A stretch of 64,000 nt of DNA from a virus (IMGVR_UViG_3300032223_002232:64001-128000), one strand, 5' to 3'; counted from the stretch's first letter, positions 9,665-21,068 are shown. Translations and numbers: made by a program. The notes: generated by a model not told the origin, from the sequence alone.

Positions 9665-12577
9665 TTAAATTCCGTATTTGTTTCTGATATATCTATTAAC
9701 TTTATTCATATCAGTATCAGATAATGATGTATTATAGATAATAACCTCTGCTATATCCGCATCTGCAAAGTATTCTGGAATTAATCCAGAATTAAAAATC
9801 CAACTTCCTAAAATTATTGGAGAATCTACTGGATTTGTATTTGTAGCTTTTGATGCGATTTTTGAACCATTTGAATAAAAATCTGATATTAATGATGTTT
9901 TATTAGTATTAAATGCTACCGATACTGGTTTATTTAAAATTGGTGTTCCTATTATTGTACCGCCATTTGCTGAAGTAAAAATTCCATAATTAGAATCATC
10001 AGATCCAATATTCATTTCACCACCAGAACCAAATTCACTACCTAATGTGAATACGCAATCAATATCATATGTTCTATGTAAATCTCTCCATTTAAATACA
10101 ACAAACCATGTAAAGCTACTACTTCCTAAAGTTTGTTCTCCTCTTAATGCGCTACCACTAAATTGATCAATTGCCGTAAATCTAACTGCTGGTTTATTGT
10201 TTATGCTGTAATCGCTTAATGTTGGAGCGTACACAGTACCGTAACCAGCTGCTTGTATGGTCAAATCAATACCACTTCCTGATTTATCAAGCCATGTGTA
10301 AACTTCTTCACCATTTGATGCTGGTGATGTTGAAACATTTAATACTGTTGCGGTATCACTTGAATCATACCATGCATATAAACCGCTAATTTGATCGGGT
10401 GTAAATGGTGCAACATAGTTTGATAATATTTTAGGTTTATTTGTTAGTGGTGTAAATGGATATTGTAGTCTATGATCATGTAATGTTCGAATTTCATCAA
10501 TACTTAAAGTTCTGTTCCATAAACCAACTGCATCAAATTGATTTGTTCCACCATATTCCGCTCCACCAGACATTGCAGAACCATTTATCGCAAATCCTAT
10601 ATAGTTATTATATTGAATTGGTGTGTATAAAGTTGTGTATGATACAAAATTATCAAATTTTCCATTAATATATAATGATAATGTTTTTGCAACACAATCA
10701 TGTACAATTGCAATATGAACCCATTTGTTAGTTTTTAATTTATGAGTTGAATAAAAACTTTTATCATCAATTCCACTGTAAGCTAAACTAAGCCAAATTT
10801 TATCTTGTTGTTGTTGTACATATAATCCCATTGCACTGAAATTACCACCATAAATGGTAGTAATATCTGTTGTATTATTTGGATGATACCAGAAAGAATG
10901 AGAATAGCTTTGTGGTGAGGCATATATGTCCCATAAATCAGTATTATAATACAATGATCCACCAGCACTGAAATCAGCACTACCATTAATCTCTCCAGTT
11001 CCCTGTGTATATGATCCAGAAAGATTTATACCGTTACCAGATGAGTCATTTGCATCACCATCAAAATTATAAAATGCAACAAGACCAGATATTGGTGGTG
11101 TGTATGTATATAGTTCTTGTGGTAGTGGATATTGTCTGCCATCCCCTGAGTTATAAAGTTTAGATATTTCTAAATCAGATAATATCCTATCCCATATTCC
11201 AATATCATCAACCTTTAAAGTATTTCCACCACTATGCCATCCGTTAGGTGAGAAAATATCATCACCAATTACTATTCTATCAAATGTTTTACCTGCCCAC
11301 TGTGAAATTGGGTGAGGATTAATACCAGTTAATTGATCAACTGCATAGTTTCCAGAATATTTAATTCCATTAACATATAAATTAACATTTGCTTGTTCGT
11401 CGCATGTGAGTGTAACATGTACCCATTGATCAATAAGTGGATTAGATGAATTATATTCAGATATTATGCCACCGTTACATCTACATGAAACAGTTCCTAA
11501 ATATGTTCCATAATAACTATTCCATATACCTATTGCAATTTGATAGTCCTCTATATTTTGACCTGCATGTTGACTGTTTTGTAATACAAATATAGGAGAC
11601 CAATAAGGAAAATTATCAGGCCAATAATTTAAATTAAACCATCCACTAATTGTTACTGGTAATTTGGTATTAACCGTTCCTCGTAATGAACCATCAACAT
11701 CGAATAATGCACCACCACCAATTTTACCATCACCAAGGGATATACCATTATTATTAGTGAGTTTATTTCCATTATTTGAAGCAGCAAGATTTAAACCACC
11801 AGATCCATTGTCATCTAAATTCCAAAATGAATTTAATTTATAATGTAAATTAAGACTATAATTTTGTGCATTTAAATTAATTTTTGAATTATTAGATACA
11901 CTTGGATCTTGTGTACCAATACCATTATTATATAAAGCATTTATTTGTTGTTGATTTAAGGCATAATTCCAAATACCAACTGCATCCATTTCCATTGCAT
12001 GTCCTTCTCCATTACTATAACCTAAAACTAAAGGCTGAGAAGATGCAAACGGTATAAACCCAACCGAATTTTTATATACTAAATTACCATCAATATAAAG
12101 TAATGCATCAGTTCCATCATAAACTAAAACTAAATGATGCCATTGTCCATCACCAATCATTAAGCCTGTTTCCATTCTATTAAAACCGCTACCATTTGGT
12201 TGTGGACTAAACAATAAATTTAATTCACCATAATCATGATCATCATATAACCCCCAAGAAAATGATCCAGATGTTTGAATTCTACTGGTGTCACCCCATT
12301 GTCCAATAAGGCCCGGCGCATGGTCTCCATAATTATATGTATATTTGACCCAGAAACTTGCTGAAAAAGGTCTTGATGCTATTGCTGGAAAATTATCATA
12401 AGTTAACATGTTACTTCCATTAAAAACTGCATCATTATTTAAAACTCCACTTGAATTAGTTACACCACCAACATCTGTTAAATCATAACCATTACCACTT
12501 GAATCACTCCAAGAAGAATCATCCAATGTCCAGAATGCAATCGGTGGTGCAAATTGTGATTTATATATAATACTCAT
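9665..12577 (-). CDS. multi-LamG (ConA-like lectin) virion/fibre protein
   Basis: Three WxHxxxxxD...LYxxG...DxVGIWN repeats plus a C-terminal LamG-like domain (WYDSSD, IAEVIIYN). Confidence 0.8.
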   Translation of the reverse strand: MSIIYKSQFAPPIAFWTLDDSSWSDSSGNGYDLTDVGGVTNSSGVLNNDAVFNGSNMLTYDNFPAIASRPFSASFWVKYTYNYGDHAPGLIGQWGDTSRIQTSGSFSWGLYDDHDYGELNLLFSPQPNGSGFNRMETGLMIGDGQWHHLVLVYDGTDALLYIDGNLVYKNSVGFIPFASSQPLVLGYSNGEGHAMEMDAVGIWNYALNQQQINALYNNGIGTQDPSVSNNSKINLNAQNYSLNLHYKLNSFWNLDDNGSGGLNLAASNNGNKLTNNNGISLGDGKIGGGALFDVDGSLRGTVNTKLPVTISGWFNLNYWPDNFPYWSPIFVLQNSQHAGQNIEDYQIAIGIWNSYYGTYLGTVSCRCNGGIISEYNSSNPLIDQWVHVTLTCDEQANVNLYVNGIKYSGNYAVDQLTGINPHPISQWAGKTFDRIVIGDDIFSPNGWHSGGNTLKVDDIGIWDRILSDLEISKLYNSGDGRQYPLPQELYTYTPPISGLVAFYNFDGDANDSSGNGINLSGSYTQGTGEINGSADFSAGGSLYYNTDLWDIYASPQSYSHSFWYHPNNTTDITTIYGGNFSAMGLYVQQQQDKIWLSLAYSGIDDKSFYSTHKLKTNKWVHIAIVHDCVAKTLSLYINGKFDNFVSYTTLYTPIQYNNYIGFAINGSAMSGGAEYGGTNQFDAVGLWNRTLSIDEIRTLHDHRLQYPFTPLTNKPKILSNYVAPFTPDQISGLYAWYDSSDTATVLNVSTSPASNGEEVYTWLDKSGSGIDLTIQAAGYGTVYAPTLSDYSINNKPAVRFTAIDQFSGSALRGEQTLGSSSFTWFVVFKWRDLHRTYDIDCVFTLGSEFGSGGEMNIGSDDSNYGIFTSANGGTIIGTPILNKPVSVAFNTNKTSLISDFYSNGSKIASKATNTNPVDSPIILGSWIFNSGLIPEYFADADIAEVIIYNTSLSDTDMNKVNRYIRNKYGI

Positions 12578-12639
12578 TACTTTTAATATTTAGTAGCTTA
12601 ATTTGATTTATCTGCTATAACTTATAAATTATACAATAT

Positions 12640-13569
12640 ATGGACAAATATGTAATTTTTCACATTGATGGTGGTTGTGGCAAGAACATTGTTGCTACAA
12701 GTGTCGTCAAATCAATCAAATCGGCTTATCCAGAACATAAATTAATAGTAGTAACTGCTTATCCAGAAGTTTTTGTTCATAATCCCAATATTTTTAGGGT
12801 TTATAAGTTTGGAAATATACCATATTTCTATGATGACTACATTAATGGTAAGGATTCAATCATTTTAAGGTCTGAGCCTTATCATTCTGGTGATTTACTA
12901 TATCGCAAGAAGTCATTAACCGAAATTTGGTGTGATGTTTTTAACATTCCATGTGTTGATACTAAGCCAAATATATATTTGACTGAAAGGGAGCTTATTT
13001 TCGCTCAAAATAAGTTACAAAAAGAAGGTCCAATACTTCTAATTCAATCATCTGGTGGTGCTTTTAACCAAGAACATCCATATTCATGGTCAAGAGACCT
13101 TCCACCAGCTTTTGCACAAGAAATTGTTAATAGTGTTAAAGATAAATTTAGTAAAATTCTTCATATTAGAACTGAAAAACAACCAAAGCTTGAAAATACA
13201 ACATCTATAACTGATAATTTTAGAAATCTTTTCTGTTATGTTGCTTTATCAGATAAAATTCTTGGAATTGATTCATTCGCTCAACACACAGCAGCAGCTT
13301 TTAATAAAAAGGCTACGGTTGGTTGGATTTCGAATTCACCTATTGTTTTTGGTCATGAAATTCATGATAATATTTTAGCAAGTGGTGCAGAATCATTTAG
13401 GCATCGTATTGATTCATATCTTGAGGAAGATGATTGGACAGGTGGAAGATTCCATGAATGTCCTTATGATAATATTTCTAACCTTTTTGATAAAAATCAA
13501 TTCATCAAATCTATTTTAGGTTCTAAAACCGAACTTCTTTTTCAACCCAATCCAGAAATAGTATTATGA
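12640..13569 (+). CDS. GT9-like (heptosyltransferase-fold) glycosyltransferase
   Basis: GGCGKNIVATSVV N-terminus; ILGIDSFAQHTAAAF motif. Confidence 0.75.
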   Translation: MDKYVIFHIDGGCGKNIVATSVVKSIKSAYPEHKLIVVTAYPEVFVHNPNIFRVYKFGNIPYFYDDYINGKDSIILRSEPYHSGDLLYRKKSLTEIWCDVFNIPCVDTKPNIYLTERELIFAQNKLQKEGPILLIQSSGGAFNQEHPYSWSRDLPPAFAQEIVNSVKDKFSKILHIRTEKQPKLENTTSITDNFRNLFCYVALSDKILGIDSFAQHTAAAFNKKATVGWISNSPIVFGHEIHDNILASGAESFRHRIDSYLEEDDWTGGRFHECPYDNISNLFDKNQFIKSILGSKTELLFQPNPEIVL

Positions 13570-14384
13570 TATTTTTCAATTCATCAATGCCTCGTAGTAT
13601 GAGTACGTTACTTCAATGTATTTTGAATCAAAATCCAAATGTTGCTGCAACACCTACTGATCCAGTTCTTGAATATCTTTATGGTGCAAGAATGAATTAT
13701 ACTAATACTCCAGAAGTAAAGGCTATTGACCCTGAATTAGCCCTTAAAACATGGAGAGGTTTTTGTTGGGGTGGATTAGAAGGTTATGCTAAATCATATT
13801 CGGATAAAGCTAATATTTGTATAAAAACAAGAGGTGGTACGATTCATTATAAATGGTTTGAAGCATTTATGCCCTATAAACCAAAAATGATTTGTATGGT
13901 TAGAAATCTTAAAAGTATAATTTCTTCAATGGAAAAAATTTATAGAAAAAGTCAGGAAAGTCATCAATCAATTCAAGATCACTCTAAAATGAGTGGAACG
14001 TCAACACCAAAAAGAGTTGATATCTGGATGGCTTCTCCTCCTGTTGGAATGGCACTTGAGAGGCTTCAACAGACAATGCTTGAAGGGATTAATAAAGAAG
14101 TTCTTTATATTCGTGCAGAAGATTTAACATCTTATCCTCAAAAGGAAATGGATAAAATTTATTCATATCTTGGACTTGAATCATTTAAACATGATTTCGA
14201 TAATGTAGAACAATCCATAAAAGAAGATGATTCTGTATATGGTCTAACACCTGATTTACACACAATTAAAAATAAAGTTCAACCCTTAACTCCTGATTAT
14301 AATGAGATTTTAGGTAAACAGGTTTGCGATTGGATTGATAATCAATACTCTTGGTATCAAAAGGGATTTGGTTATATCAAGTAG
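13566..14384 (+). CDS. sulfotransferase family protein
   Basis: PAPS-binding-like SSMPRSMSTLL, ICMVRNLKSIISS, IRAEDL. Confidence 0.8.
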   Translation: MIFFNSSMPRSMSTLLQCILNQNPNVAATPTDPVLEYLYGARMNYTNTPEVKAIDPELALKTWRGFCWGGLEGYAKSYSDKANICIKTRGGTIHYKWFEAFMPYKPKMICMVRNLKSIISSMEKIYRKSQESHQSIQDHSKMSGTSTPKRVDIWMASPPVGMALERLQQTMLEGINKEVLYIRAEDLTSYPQKEMDKIYSYLGLESFKHDFDNVEQSIKEDDSVYGLTPDLHTIKNKVQPLTPDYNEILGKQVCDWIDNQYSWYQKGFGYIK

Positions 14385-14754
14385 TTGGTGGTGTTGGAAT
14401 AATAAATTCAACCCAAGTTTTTGTTGTTTCATCCCAAGTATAATACTTGCCATCTGTTGGATATTCTACAGGTGCTACCCAAAGATATGTTGATTTATCT
14501 AAAGACCAAGAAGGAAATGGCTGTGGTGCATAAAAACCAGTACCATCCCAATTATATCCAATACCTGCATAATTATAATTTAATGATACACCACCATCTG
14601 GTTCATTTGTATTTGGATCATAATGAACACCACCCTTTGTATTATATGATGTTTGAACCCAATCTGAACTATCTGGAAGTGTATTAATAAAATATTGTTC
14701 AGCAACAATTACTTGTTGAACTACATTATTTTTAACTTGTGCAAAATGACTCAT
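14377..14754 (-). CDS. conserved phage protein following Gly-rich adhesin
   Basis: MSHFAQV..WVQTSYNT..NYAGIGY..FYAPQPFPSW; start re-called at 14754 (TAAATA 7 nt upstream). Confidence 0.75.
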   Translation of the reverse strand: MSHFAQVKNNVVQQVIVAEQYFINTLPDSSDWVQTSYNTKGGVHYDPNTNEPDGGVSLNYNYAGIGYNWDGTGFYAPQPFPSWSLDKSTYLWVAPVEYPTDGKYYTWDETTKTWVEFIIPTPPTT

Positions 14755-14770
14755 ATTTTTATATTTACCC

Positions 14771-16375
14771 TTATGCTGTAAAAGTGCTAGATGTATTGAA
14801 TGTTGAAGTTGCAGTAATATTACCATTAATGTCAGTTATTTCTATTACTACAACGCCAGAACCACCTGCTCCACCAGTTCCAACTGCTCCAAAATTTCCA
14901 GCAGTTCCCGATCCTCCACCTCCACTATTTGCTAAACCAGCAACACCGGGACCAGTAATTGCTGAATTTTGTGAGCCGCCGCCGCCAGTACCACCAACGC
15001 CATAACATCCACTTCCACCACCAGCTATCCAATAATTACCATTATATAATTCACCTGCGGTAGAATTTGAAATTGGATTGATTATACCAATTCCTCCATT
15101 TCCACCAGTACCGCCTCCAACACCACCAGCACCACCACCGCCGCCAGCATATGATCTACCACCATTATTACCTTGTCCGGGTACACCAAATCCACCTATT
15201 CCACTACCATTATTAGGACCACCTGCTCCACTTCCAGAACCACCTGAAAGACCATTGATTAAACTGCTGCCACTGTATGATACACCACCACCGCCGCCTA
15301 TTGCTATTAAAGGACCAAATGCTGAACTTTGCCCCTGAGTACCAACGCTACCGGGAGCACCACCTGCTCCACCACCGCCTACAATAACCTGATATGTTTG
15401 ACCTGCTTTTAATAAATAAGATAAAGAAACTACACCACCAGCACCACCGCCTGATCCTGATCCACCACCGCCTCCACCAGCAACTATTAAAATTTTTGCT
15501 AATAATAAGTTACCATAATAAAAATAATCAGATCCAGTAAAAGTATGAACCCATGTATAAGGTATTGTACTTAAAAATGTAGATGCTATAACAGTCGGTC
15601 CTGCTGAAATTAATTGTGTATTACTTTTATATGAAATAATACCTACACCAGAACCGCCATTGCCGCCATAATAATAACCACCTCCCGCACCACCGCATGT
15701 ATTTTTAGAACCTGAAGCACCAGTTTTGTTTATACCACCGTTGCCACCTCCACCTAAACCACCGCTGCCTGATAAAGAACCATTTTGAGATCCACCGCCT
15801 CCACCGCCTCCAAGCCAATAGTTACCAGCTGATAATTGTCCAGAAGTTGAATAATTAATTACATTAACTACACCGATACCTCCGCTACCACAAATGGTTG
15901 AACCAATACCATCACCACCAACTCCTCCTGCGCCTCCACCGCCGCCACCGCCATCAAAACTATTACCTAATCCTCCTTTAAACCCTTGACCTAAAATACC
16001 GGAGCCAACAGCAAAAAAAGGAAATCCCAACCAAGCAACACCACCACCACTTCCTCCTGATCCAGCATCAAACCCTGACCATCCACCATAGCCTCCACCG
16101 TTTGATGTTAAAATTCCAACTAAACTGGAATTATTACCATTAGTACTTGGATTATTTTGAGGATGAGTTCCAGCAGAACCACCAGCCCCAATATTAATAT
16201 AAAAAGTTTGGTTATATGGTAAATTTATATTACCATAAATAATACCACCTGCACCAGCACCTCCACCACCATAGGAATAGTTAGCACCGCCTCCACCGCC
16301 TCCACCAGCACCTAAAATATATTGAAATCCTGCATTAGTGTCAGCTACAATACCACTATTAAAAGCAGAATTCAT
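14771..16375 (-). CDS. glycine-rich adhesin-like virion protein
   Basis: Two Gly-rich domains (LIVAGGGGGG...GGSGVVVI). Confidence 0.75.
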   Translation of the reverse strand: MNSAFNSGIVADTNAGFQYILGAGGGGGGGANYSYGGGGAGAGGIIYGNINLPYNQTFYINIGAGGSAGTHPQNNPSTNGNNSSLVGILTSNGGGYGGWSGFDAGSGGSGGGVAWLGFPFFAVGSGILGQGFKGGLGNSFDGGGGGGGAGGVGGDGIGSTICGSGGIGVVNVINYSTSGQLSAGNYWLGGGGGGGSQNGSLSGSGGLGGGGNGGINKTGASGSKNTCGGAGGGYYYGGNGGSGVGIISYKSNTQLISAGPTVIASTFLSTIPYTWVHTFTGSDYFYYGNLLLAKILIVAGGGGGGSGSGGGAGGVVSLSYLLKAGQTYQVIVGGGGAGGAPGSVGTQGQSSAFGPLIAIGGGGGVSYSGSSLINGLSGGSGSGAGGPNNGSGIGGFGVPGQGNNGGRSYAGGGGGAGGVGGGTGGNGGIGIINPISNSTAGELYNGNYWIAGGGSGCYGVGGTGGGGSQNSAITGPGVAGLANSGGGGSGTAGNFGAVGTGGAGGSGVVVIEITDINGNITATSTFNTSSTFTA

Positions 16376-16381
16376 GATATA

Positions 16382-16882
16382 TTATGATGCTAAATCACCA
16401 AACAATACCCAACCTGTTGTTCCGGTATATAATAAGGTGGCAGCTGAATATTGTTTAGTTGTTTTATAAAAACCATTAGATTGGTTGATTGTTATATTTT
16501 GACCTGATACTGCAATTCTTGAACTACTTAATTGCAATACACCAACTTGAAATCCAATAGGATAACTTGTTCCAACTACAGTAGCGGTTAAACCTCCTGT
16601 TGAATTTGTTGAAGCAATAGTAGTACCATTATCTGAAAGTTGGAATGTATAAGTTGTATTTCCTGTTGTTGTTATTTGTGTACCACCAGCAAAAATTCCA
16701 GCTGAAAAAGTACCACTGACATAAAGATTAACTGCACTAATTGAAGGTGAACTTAAGGATTTAGTAAATGTACCGACTTGTCCATAAAATTTAACAGCAC
16801 TAATTGATGGTGAACTTACTGATTTAGTAAATGTTACATCGTCGTTGAATTGAAATTTTTGTGTTTCTATTTGTAAAGACAT
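16382..16882 (-). CDS. tail fibre-associated protein
   Basis: Duplicated TFTKSxSSPSISAV; C-terminal GWVLFGDLA. Confidence 0.65.
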   Translation of the reverse strand: MSLQIETQKFQFNDDVTFTKSVSSPSISAVKFYGQVGTFTKSLSSPSISAVNLYVSGTFSAGIFAGGTQITTTGNTTYTFQLSDNGTTIASTNSTGGLTATVVGTSYPIGFQVGVLQLSSSRIAVSGQNITINQSNGFYKTTKQYSAATLLYTGTTGWVLFGDLAS

Positions 16883-16885
16883 ATA

Positions 16886-19117
16886 TTATGAAGTGTAATC
16901 CCAAAGTTGAATTGCTTTATTTGTACCGTTAATATTTACTATGAGAAAATAACCAGATGCAGTAACTGGATTATTAAATGTACTTGGTGTTTGCATTATT
17001 GCTAAATTATTTACATATGTTGTATTATCCGCATCAGATGTTAAATCAGAACCAATAGCAAATGAGTTGTTATGTGTTACAACATTACCACAACCACCAA
17101 GAATTGATGAACAATATCCAGAAGCAATATTACATTTACCACCAGCTACATTGGAGTAGCATCCAGAAGCTGTATTATTATAACCGCCCGATATAGTAGA
17201 AGCTAATCCGCTACTGTTATTTTGACAACCACCACCAACACTTGCACTATTTCCATTAACAGTATTTTGATAGCCTCCACTTATTGTTGAATTATATGCA
17301 GCTAAACATGAACAATTGTAATAACCACCACTAATTGTTGACGTACTACCTGATGCATTATTACCATTTCCTCCACCGATAACTGAAGTATCTCCACAAG
17401 AAGTATTATATAGACCACCAGATACAGTAGAACAATTTCCAGATGCAGTATTACAAAGACCACCGGCTACGTTAGAAGAATATCCAGAAGCAGTATTATT
17501 ACCAGCCACAGGTTTAATGGAGTCTACACCAGTTCCAGACGTATAAACACTTGTTGCACTAGGAAACCCAGTTGCATTTGATATATCACCATATATAGCA
17601 CCACCAACAATTAAATCTTGTGATACAAAAACACCATTATCAAAATTAAGAGATAATGTATTTGCACCATTACCAATATCATTGGCACTTAAACCATCAG
17701 AAATAACTACTTCATTACCATAACCTTCAATTAATGAAGCAGATAAAACATCATTAACGGTTAAATTATTAAATATACCATTTGTAGAATATAAATTTTC
17801 AGCTGTTATGTTTGTTGCTGTTAAATCTGTAAGAATTTGAGAGTCAATAGTTCCTTGGAAATGACCATAAATATAACGACTAGCACTTATATCACCAATA
17901 ACTGTTAATTCAGTATTTGGCGAATTGGTATTAATACCAACCTTTCCTAATCCTTCAAACGGTGCATTTTTTATATTAAGAACTGAAACATCATATTGGC
18001 TAACAAAATTAGCAATATCATAATTTCCGTTTACTTGTTGTGCATAAATTGTAGGACCAACACCGGGATTTACAAGACGTAATGAACTAGTGTTTATTAC
18101 TGATGTATTGATGTCTACTCTTGTTCCTAATGTTGATAGGTTGCCATAAACAGTTAAATTATGATCAATAACAGAATCACCAAAATGTGCAGATGGTGAA
18201 TATAAAAGCGTACCTCTTAATTGTCCTTCTGATGAAAGATTATTTACAAATGTAGTATTATGAACATCAGTTGATATTTTTGAACCTAGAATAAAACTAT
18301 TACTACCACTTAAAGAATTTTGTCTACCAGCTAAAATTGCAGAATGTATACCTGATATAAAATTATCAGATCCAGCACCGATAAATGAAAATGATTCATC
18401 ATTTGTAATTTCATCATAATCTGGATATGGTATACCGTTATAACTACCCTCATCACATATAATAGTATTTCTTCCACCAGAACCAATAAATGCACCTTCA
18501 CTATTGTTTAAAATAGAATTGCAATAACCACTAACAATAGCAGAACATTCACCATTAATTATATTATTACATCCACCACCAATAAATGATAGACTTGAAT
18601 CTACTTCATTTAAGTATCCACCAACTATTGATGAATATGTACCATACATTTTATTATAACGTCCACCATTTATATTTGAATATAAAGGTTGACCTAGAAA
18701 TGAATCATATATCTCATTATCACCTTGTGTTGCTTTAATCGAACTATTAGAAAATACCATTGTATATGGTAAATCATCAGCATATAATCTTCCGTATGTG
18801 GCACTTATATCTCCAAAAACAGTTAATTTTGAGGTTGGAAGTGCAGTTCCTATACCAACATTATTATTATTAATAGTTAATGTATCTGAATAATTTGTAA
18901 ATTTTCTAGAATTACCATATATTTCATCAACTGTAATTACTGGAAAATAATATACAGTATCTGGTGCTGTATATGTATTACTTGATGGTAAACCTAAACT
19001 TGGTTCTACCGAATTAATGTTTATAAATCCATTATAATACGCATTTGTATTAATATATGGATCTAATAAACTCTTTAATTTAAAATTTTCACCTACTGAT
19101 GTTGGTTGCTGTGACAT
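16886..19117 (-). CDS. tail fibre / beta-helical adhesin-like protein
   Basis: VGIGTALPTSKLTVFGDISA-type motifs and many GGxxNTASGxxSxxxGG repeats. Confidence 0.7.
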   Translation of the reverse strand: MSQQPTSVGENFKLKSLLDPYINTNAYYNGFININSVEPSLGLPSSNTYTAPDTVYYFPVITVDEIYGNSRKFTNYSDTLTINNNNVGIGTALPTSKLTVFGDISATYGRLYADDLPYTMVFSNSSIKATQGDNEIYDSFLGQPLYSNINGGRYNKMYGTYSSIVGGYLNEVDSSLSFIGGGCNNIINGECSAIVSGYCNSILNNSEGAFIGSGGRNTIICDEGSYNGIPYPDYDEITNDESFSFIGAGSDNFISGIHSAILAGRQNSLSGSNSFILGSKISTDVHNTTFVNNLSSEGQLRGTLLYSPSAHFGDSVIDHNLTVYGNLSTLGTRVDINTSVINTSSLRLVNPGVGPTIYAQQVNGNYDIANFVSQYDVSVLNIKNAPFEGLGKVGINTNSPNTELTVIGDISASRYIYGHFQGTIDSQILTDLTATNITAENLYSTNGIFNNLTVNDVLSASLIEGYGNEVVISDGLSANDIGNGANTLSLNFDNGVFVSQDLIVGGAIYGDISNATGFPSATSVYTSGTGVDSIKPVAGNNTASGYSSNVAGGLCNTASGNCSTVSGGLYNTSCGDTSVIGGGNGNNASGSTSTISGGYYNCSCLAAYNSTISGGYQNTVNGNSASVGGGCQNNSSGLASTISGGYNNTASGCYSNVAGGKCNIASGYCSSILGGCGNVVTHNNSFAIGSDLTSDADNTTYVNNLAIMQTPSTFNNPVTASGYFLIVNINGTNKAIQLWDYTS

Positions 19118-19165
19118 AGATTACAATATACTTATATTGTATTCACTCTTAAATTAAAGATTTAT

Positions 19166-21025
19166 TTAAGCTGTTGGTGTAGCTGGTGTTTCAGTTGGGG
19201 CTTCGGTTCCAGCAACAGGTGATACTTCAGTTCCAGCCGCAGGTGCTGTTTCCGCTGGAGTTTCACTACCAGTAGTTTCACCTCCACCAAATTCAGGAAG
19301 AGGACCACCGCCACCACCTGATGGTGGTGTTTCACCACCAGCGGCTGAAGCTGCTTCTTCCGCTGCTTGAATATGTTCTCTCCAATTTGGACCAGTTTGA
19401 GCAATTTGATCAAGTTCCCATTTAAGAGCAGCATCTTTTCTTAACCATTCCATGTTTTCGCTGATTCTGGAATCGTTATATTCAAGATAATGACGTTGAG
19501 CAAATGTTTTTGAAATTGATTCATTTTGACTCATATCACTAAAGAGTTTCATCTTAAGTTCTAGTTCCTGATTCTTTCTAATTGCAAAGAAATTAGATGG
19601 TGGATTGAACTCTAATTGGAAATATGACTCGTGAAGTTTATATTCCTGCCACCAACCTCTTAATTTTAAGTGAGTAATAAATGCACCCTTTAAACCAGCT
19701 GCAAATTGTGACTGAAGACGAACAATAAATTTGGCAAACTTTAATTCTTCTCTTAATGTCTCTGTACCATCCTTGTAACCATCATCTGGATTAAGTCTTG
19801 TTGTTGGTACTTTAAGACTCTTATAAAGTTTATTAACAAAATACATCAAATCCTTGAGTTGATCAAGATTTTGTCCACCGGGGAGCATTTCTACATCAGA
19901 TCCAACTTCACCATTTCTTCTTGCAAACCAATATGAATCCAACATTGACTGTGGATTATAGATATTTGATGCGCCGGGGGTTTGTGATGAACCATCATAT
20001 GTTTTCTTATTCCAATATGATTGCATGAGTTGCTTCAAGTATGCTTCTGCCTTACTTGGAGGCATATTACCAACATCAATTTTAAATTTAAGACGCTCTG
20101 GTGCACGAACCATGCGGTATATAACGATAGAATCTTCAATAAGTGAAAGTTGTTTGTAAGCTCTACGGCAATTTTCAATAAATGGAATTCTTAATGTACA
20201 ATCTTCATTCCACATACCAGAATGAATATATGTAACTTGGTTTCCTTGGAATGTTACAATCTGTTGCTGTAATGCATTAGCAGGATTTGGTTGAGTATTT
20301 GGTTGTGGAAGAGTTCCATTTTTAGTATCTTGTAACGAAATAGGTTTCTGAAATAAGAAATTTTCAATAACAGCATTTTGAACATTATTGTAAATTGGAT
20401 TTATTAATTCTGATGGAATTTGTAATACACCAATAATACCTAAGTTTCTATTCTTATCATGAATAATATTTTCAAAGAAAATTTCAGCTTCTGTTAAAAA
20501 GTGTCTACAATAAGACCAACCTTTACTTTCAAGTTCAAATATATTAATAAACTTGTAAAATTCCTTTTCAATTTCAGTTCTTTCTTCTGCTTCTAATTTA
20601 GATGATGTTGAAAATTTAATTTTTATAACTCTTCCATTTTCATCTTTGTTAATGAACTCGTCACATATTTCATCCAAACAATCATTAACTTCTGCATAAG
20701 CAGCCATTCTACGATACTCGGCAATTCTTCTAACTTTGTCAGCATCTACATTAGCATAAATGTATTTGTGATAATTTTGACTTGAACCAAATGCATATGG
20801 TCCATACATGTCATTATTTTGCATCAATGGTCCTGTGACCACTGACTGTTGCATTAATTTAAAATCTCTTCTCTTTGATAACCTATCAAATAACTCATAT
20901 TTTGGGTTATTAACATCAGCTTCTACCGTATTTTGAACATATGGCAATTTAGATAAAATAGAAGAAACAAAGTTTCTACTACCATTATCAGGTTGTCTAT
21001 TACTTGGTGAAATAAAATCTGCCAT
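19166..21025 (-). CDS. gp20: portal vertex protein
   Basis: QLSLIEDSIVIYRMVRAPERLKFKIDVGNMP, LPGGQNL, LYKSLKVP. Confidence 0.97.
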   Translation of the reverse strand: MADFISPSNRQPDNGSRNFVSSILSKLPYVQNTVEADVNNPKYELFDRLSKRRDFKLMQQSVVTGPLMQNNDMYGPYAFGSSQNYHKYIYANVDADKVRRIAEYRRMAAYAEVNDCLDEICDEFINKDENGRVIKIKFSTSSKLEAEERTEIEKEFYKFINIFELESKGWSYCRHFLTEAEIFFENIIHDKNRNLGIIGVLQIPSELINPIYNNVQNAVIENFLFQKPISLQDTKNGTLPQPNTQPNPANALQQQIVTFQGNQVTYIHSGMWNEDCTLRIPFIENCRRAYKQLSLIEDSIVIYRMVRAPERLKFKIDVGNMPPSKAEAYLKQLMQSYWNKKTYDGSSQTPGASNIYNPQSMLDSYWFARRNGEVGSDVEMLPGGQNLDQLKDLMYFVNKLYKSLKVPTTRLNPDDGYKDGTETLREELKFAKFIVRLQSQFAAGLKGAFITHLKLRGWWQEYKLHESYFQLEFNPPSNFFAIRKNQELELKMKLFSDMSQNESISKTFAQRHYLEYNDSRISENMEWLRKDAALKWELDQIAQTGPNWREHIQAAEEAASAAGGETPPSGGGGGPLPEFGGGETTGSETPAETAPAAGTEVSPVAGTEAPTETPATPTA

Positions 21026-21068
21026 ATTGTATTATATTTACATTTTTTCTATAAAAATCAATTATTTA

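Noticed and set aside
14739-15338. Pro-rich plus-strand ORFs
   Set aside because: Reverse complement of Gly codons in the Gly-rich gene
9665-19117. Diversity-generating retroelement acting on adhesins
   Set aside because: No reverse transcriptase and no adenine-mismatched TR/VR pair seen
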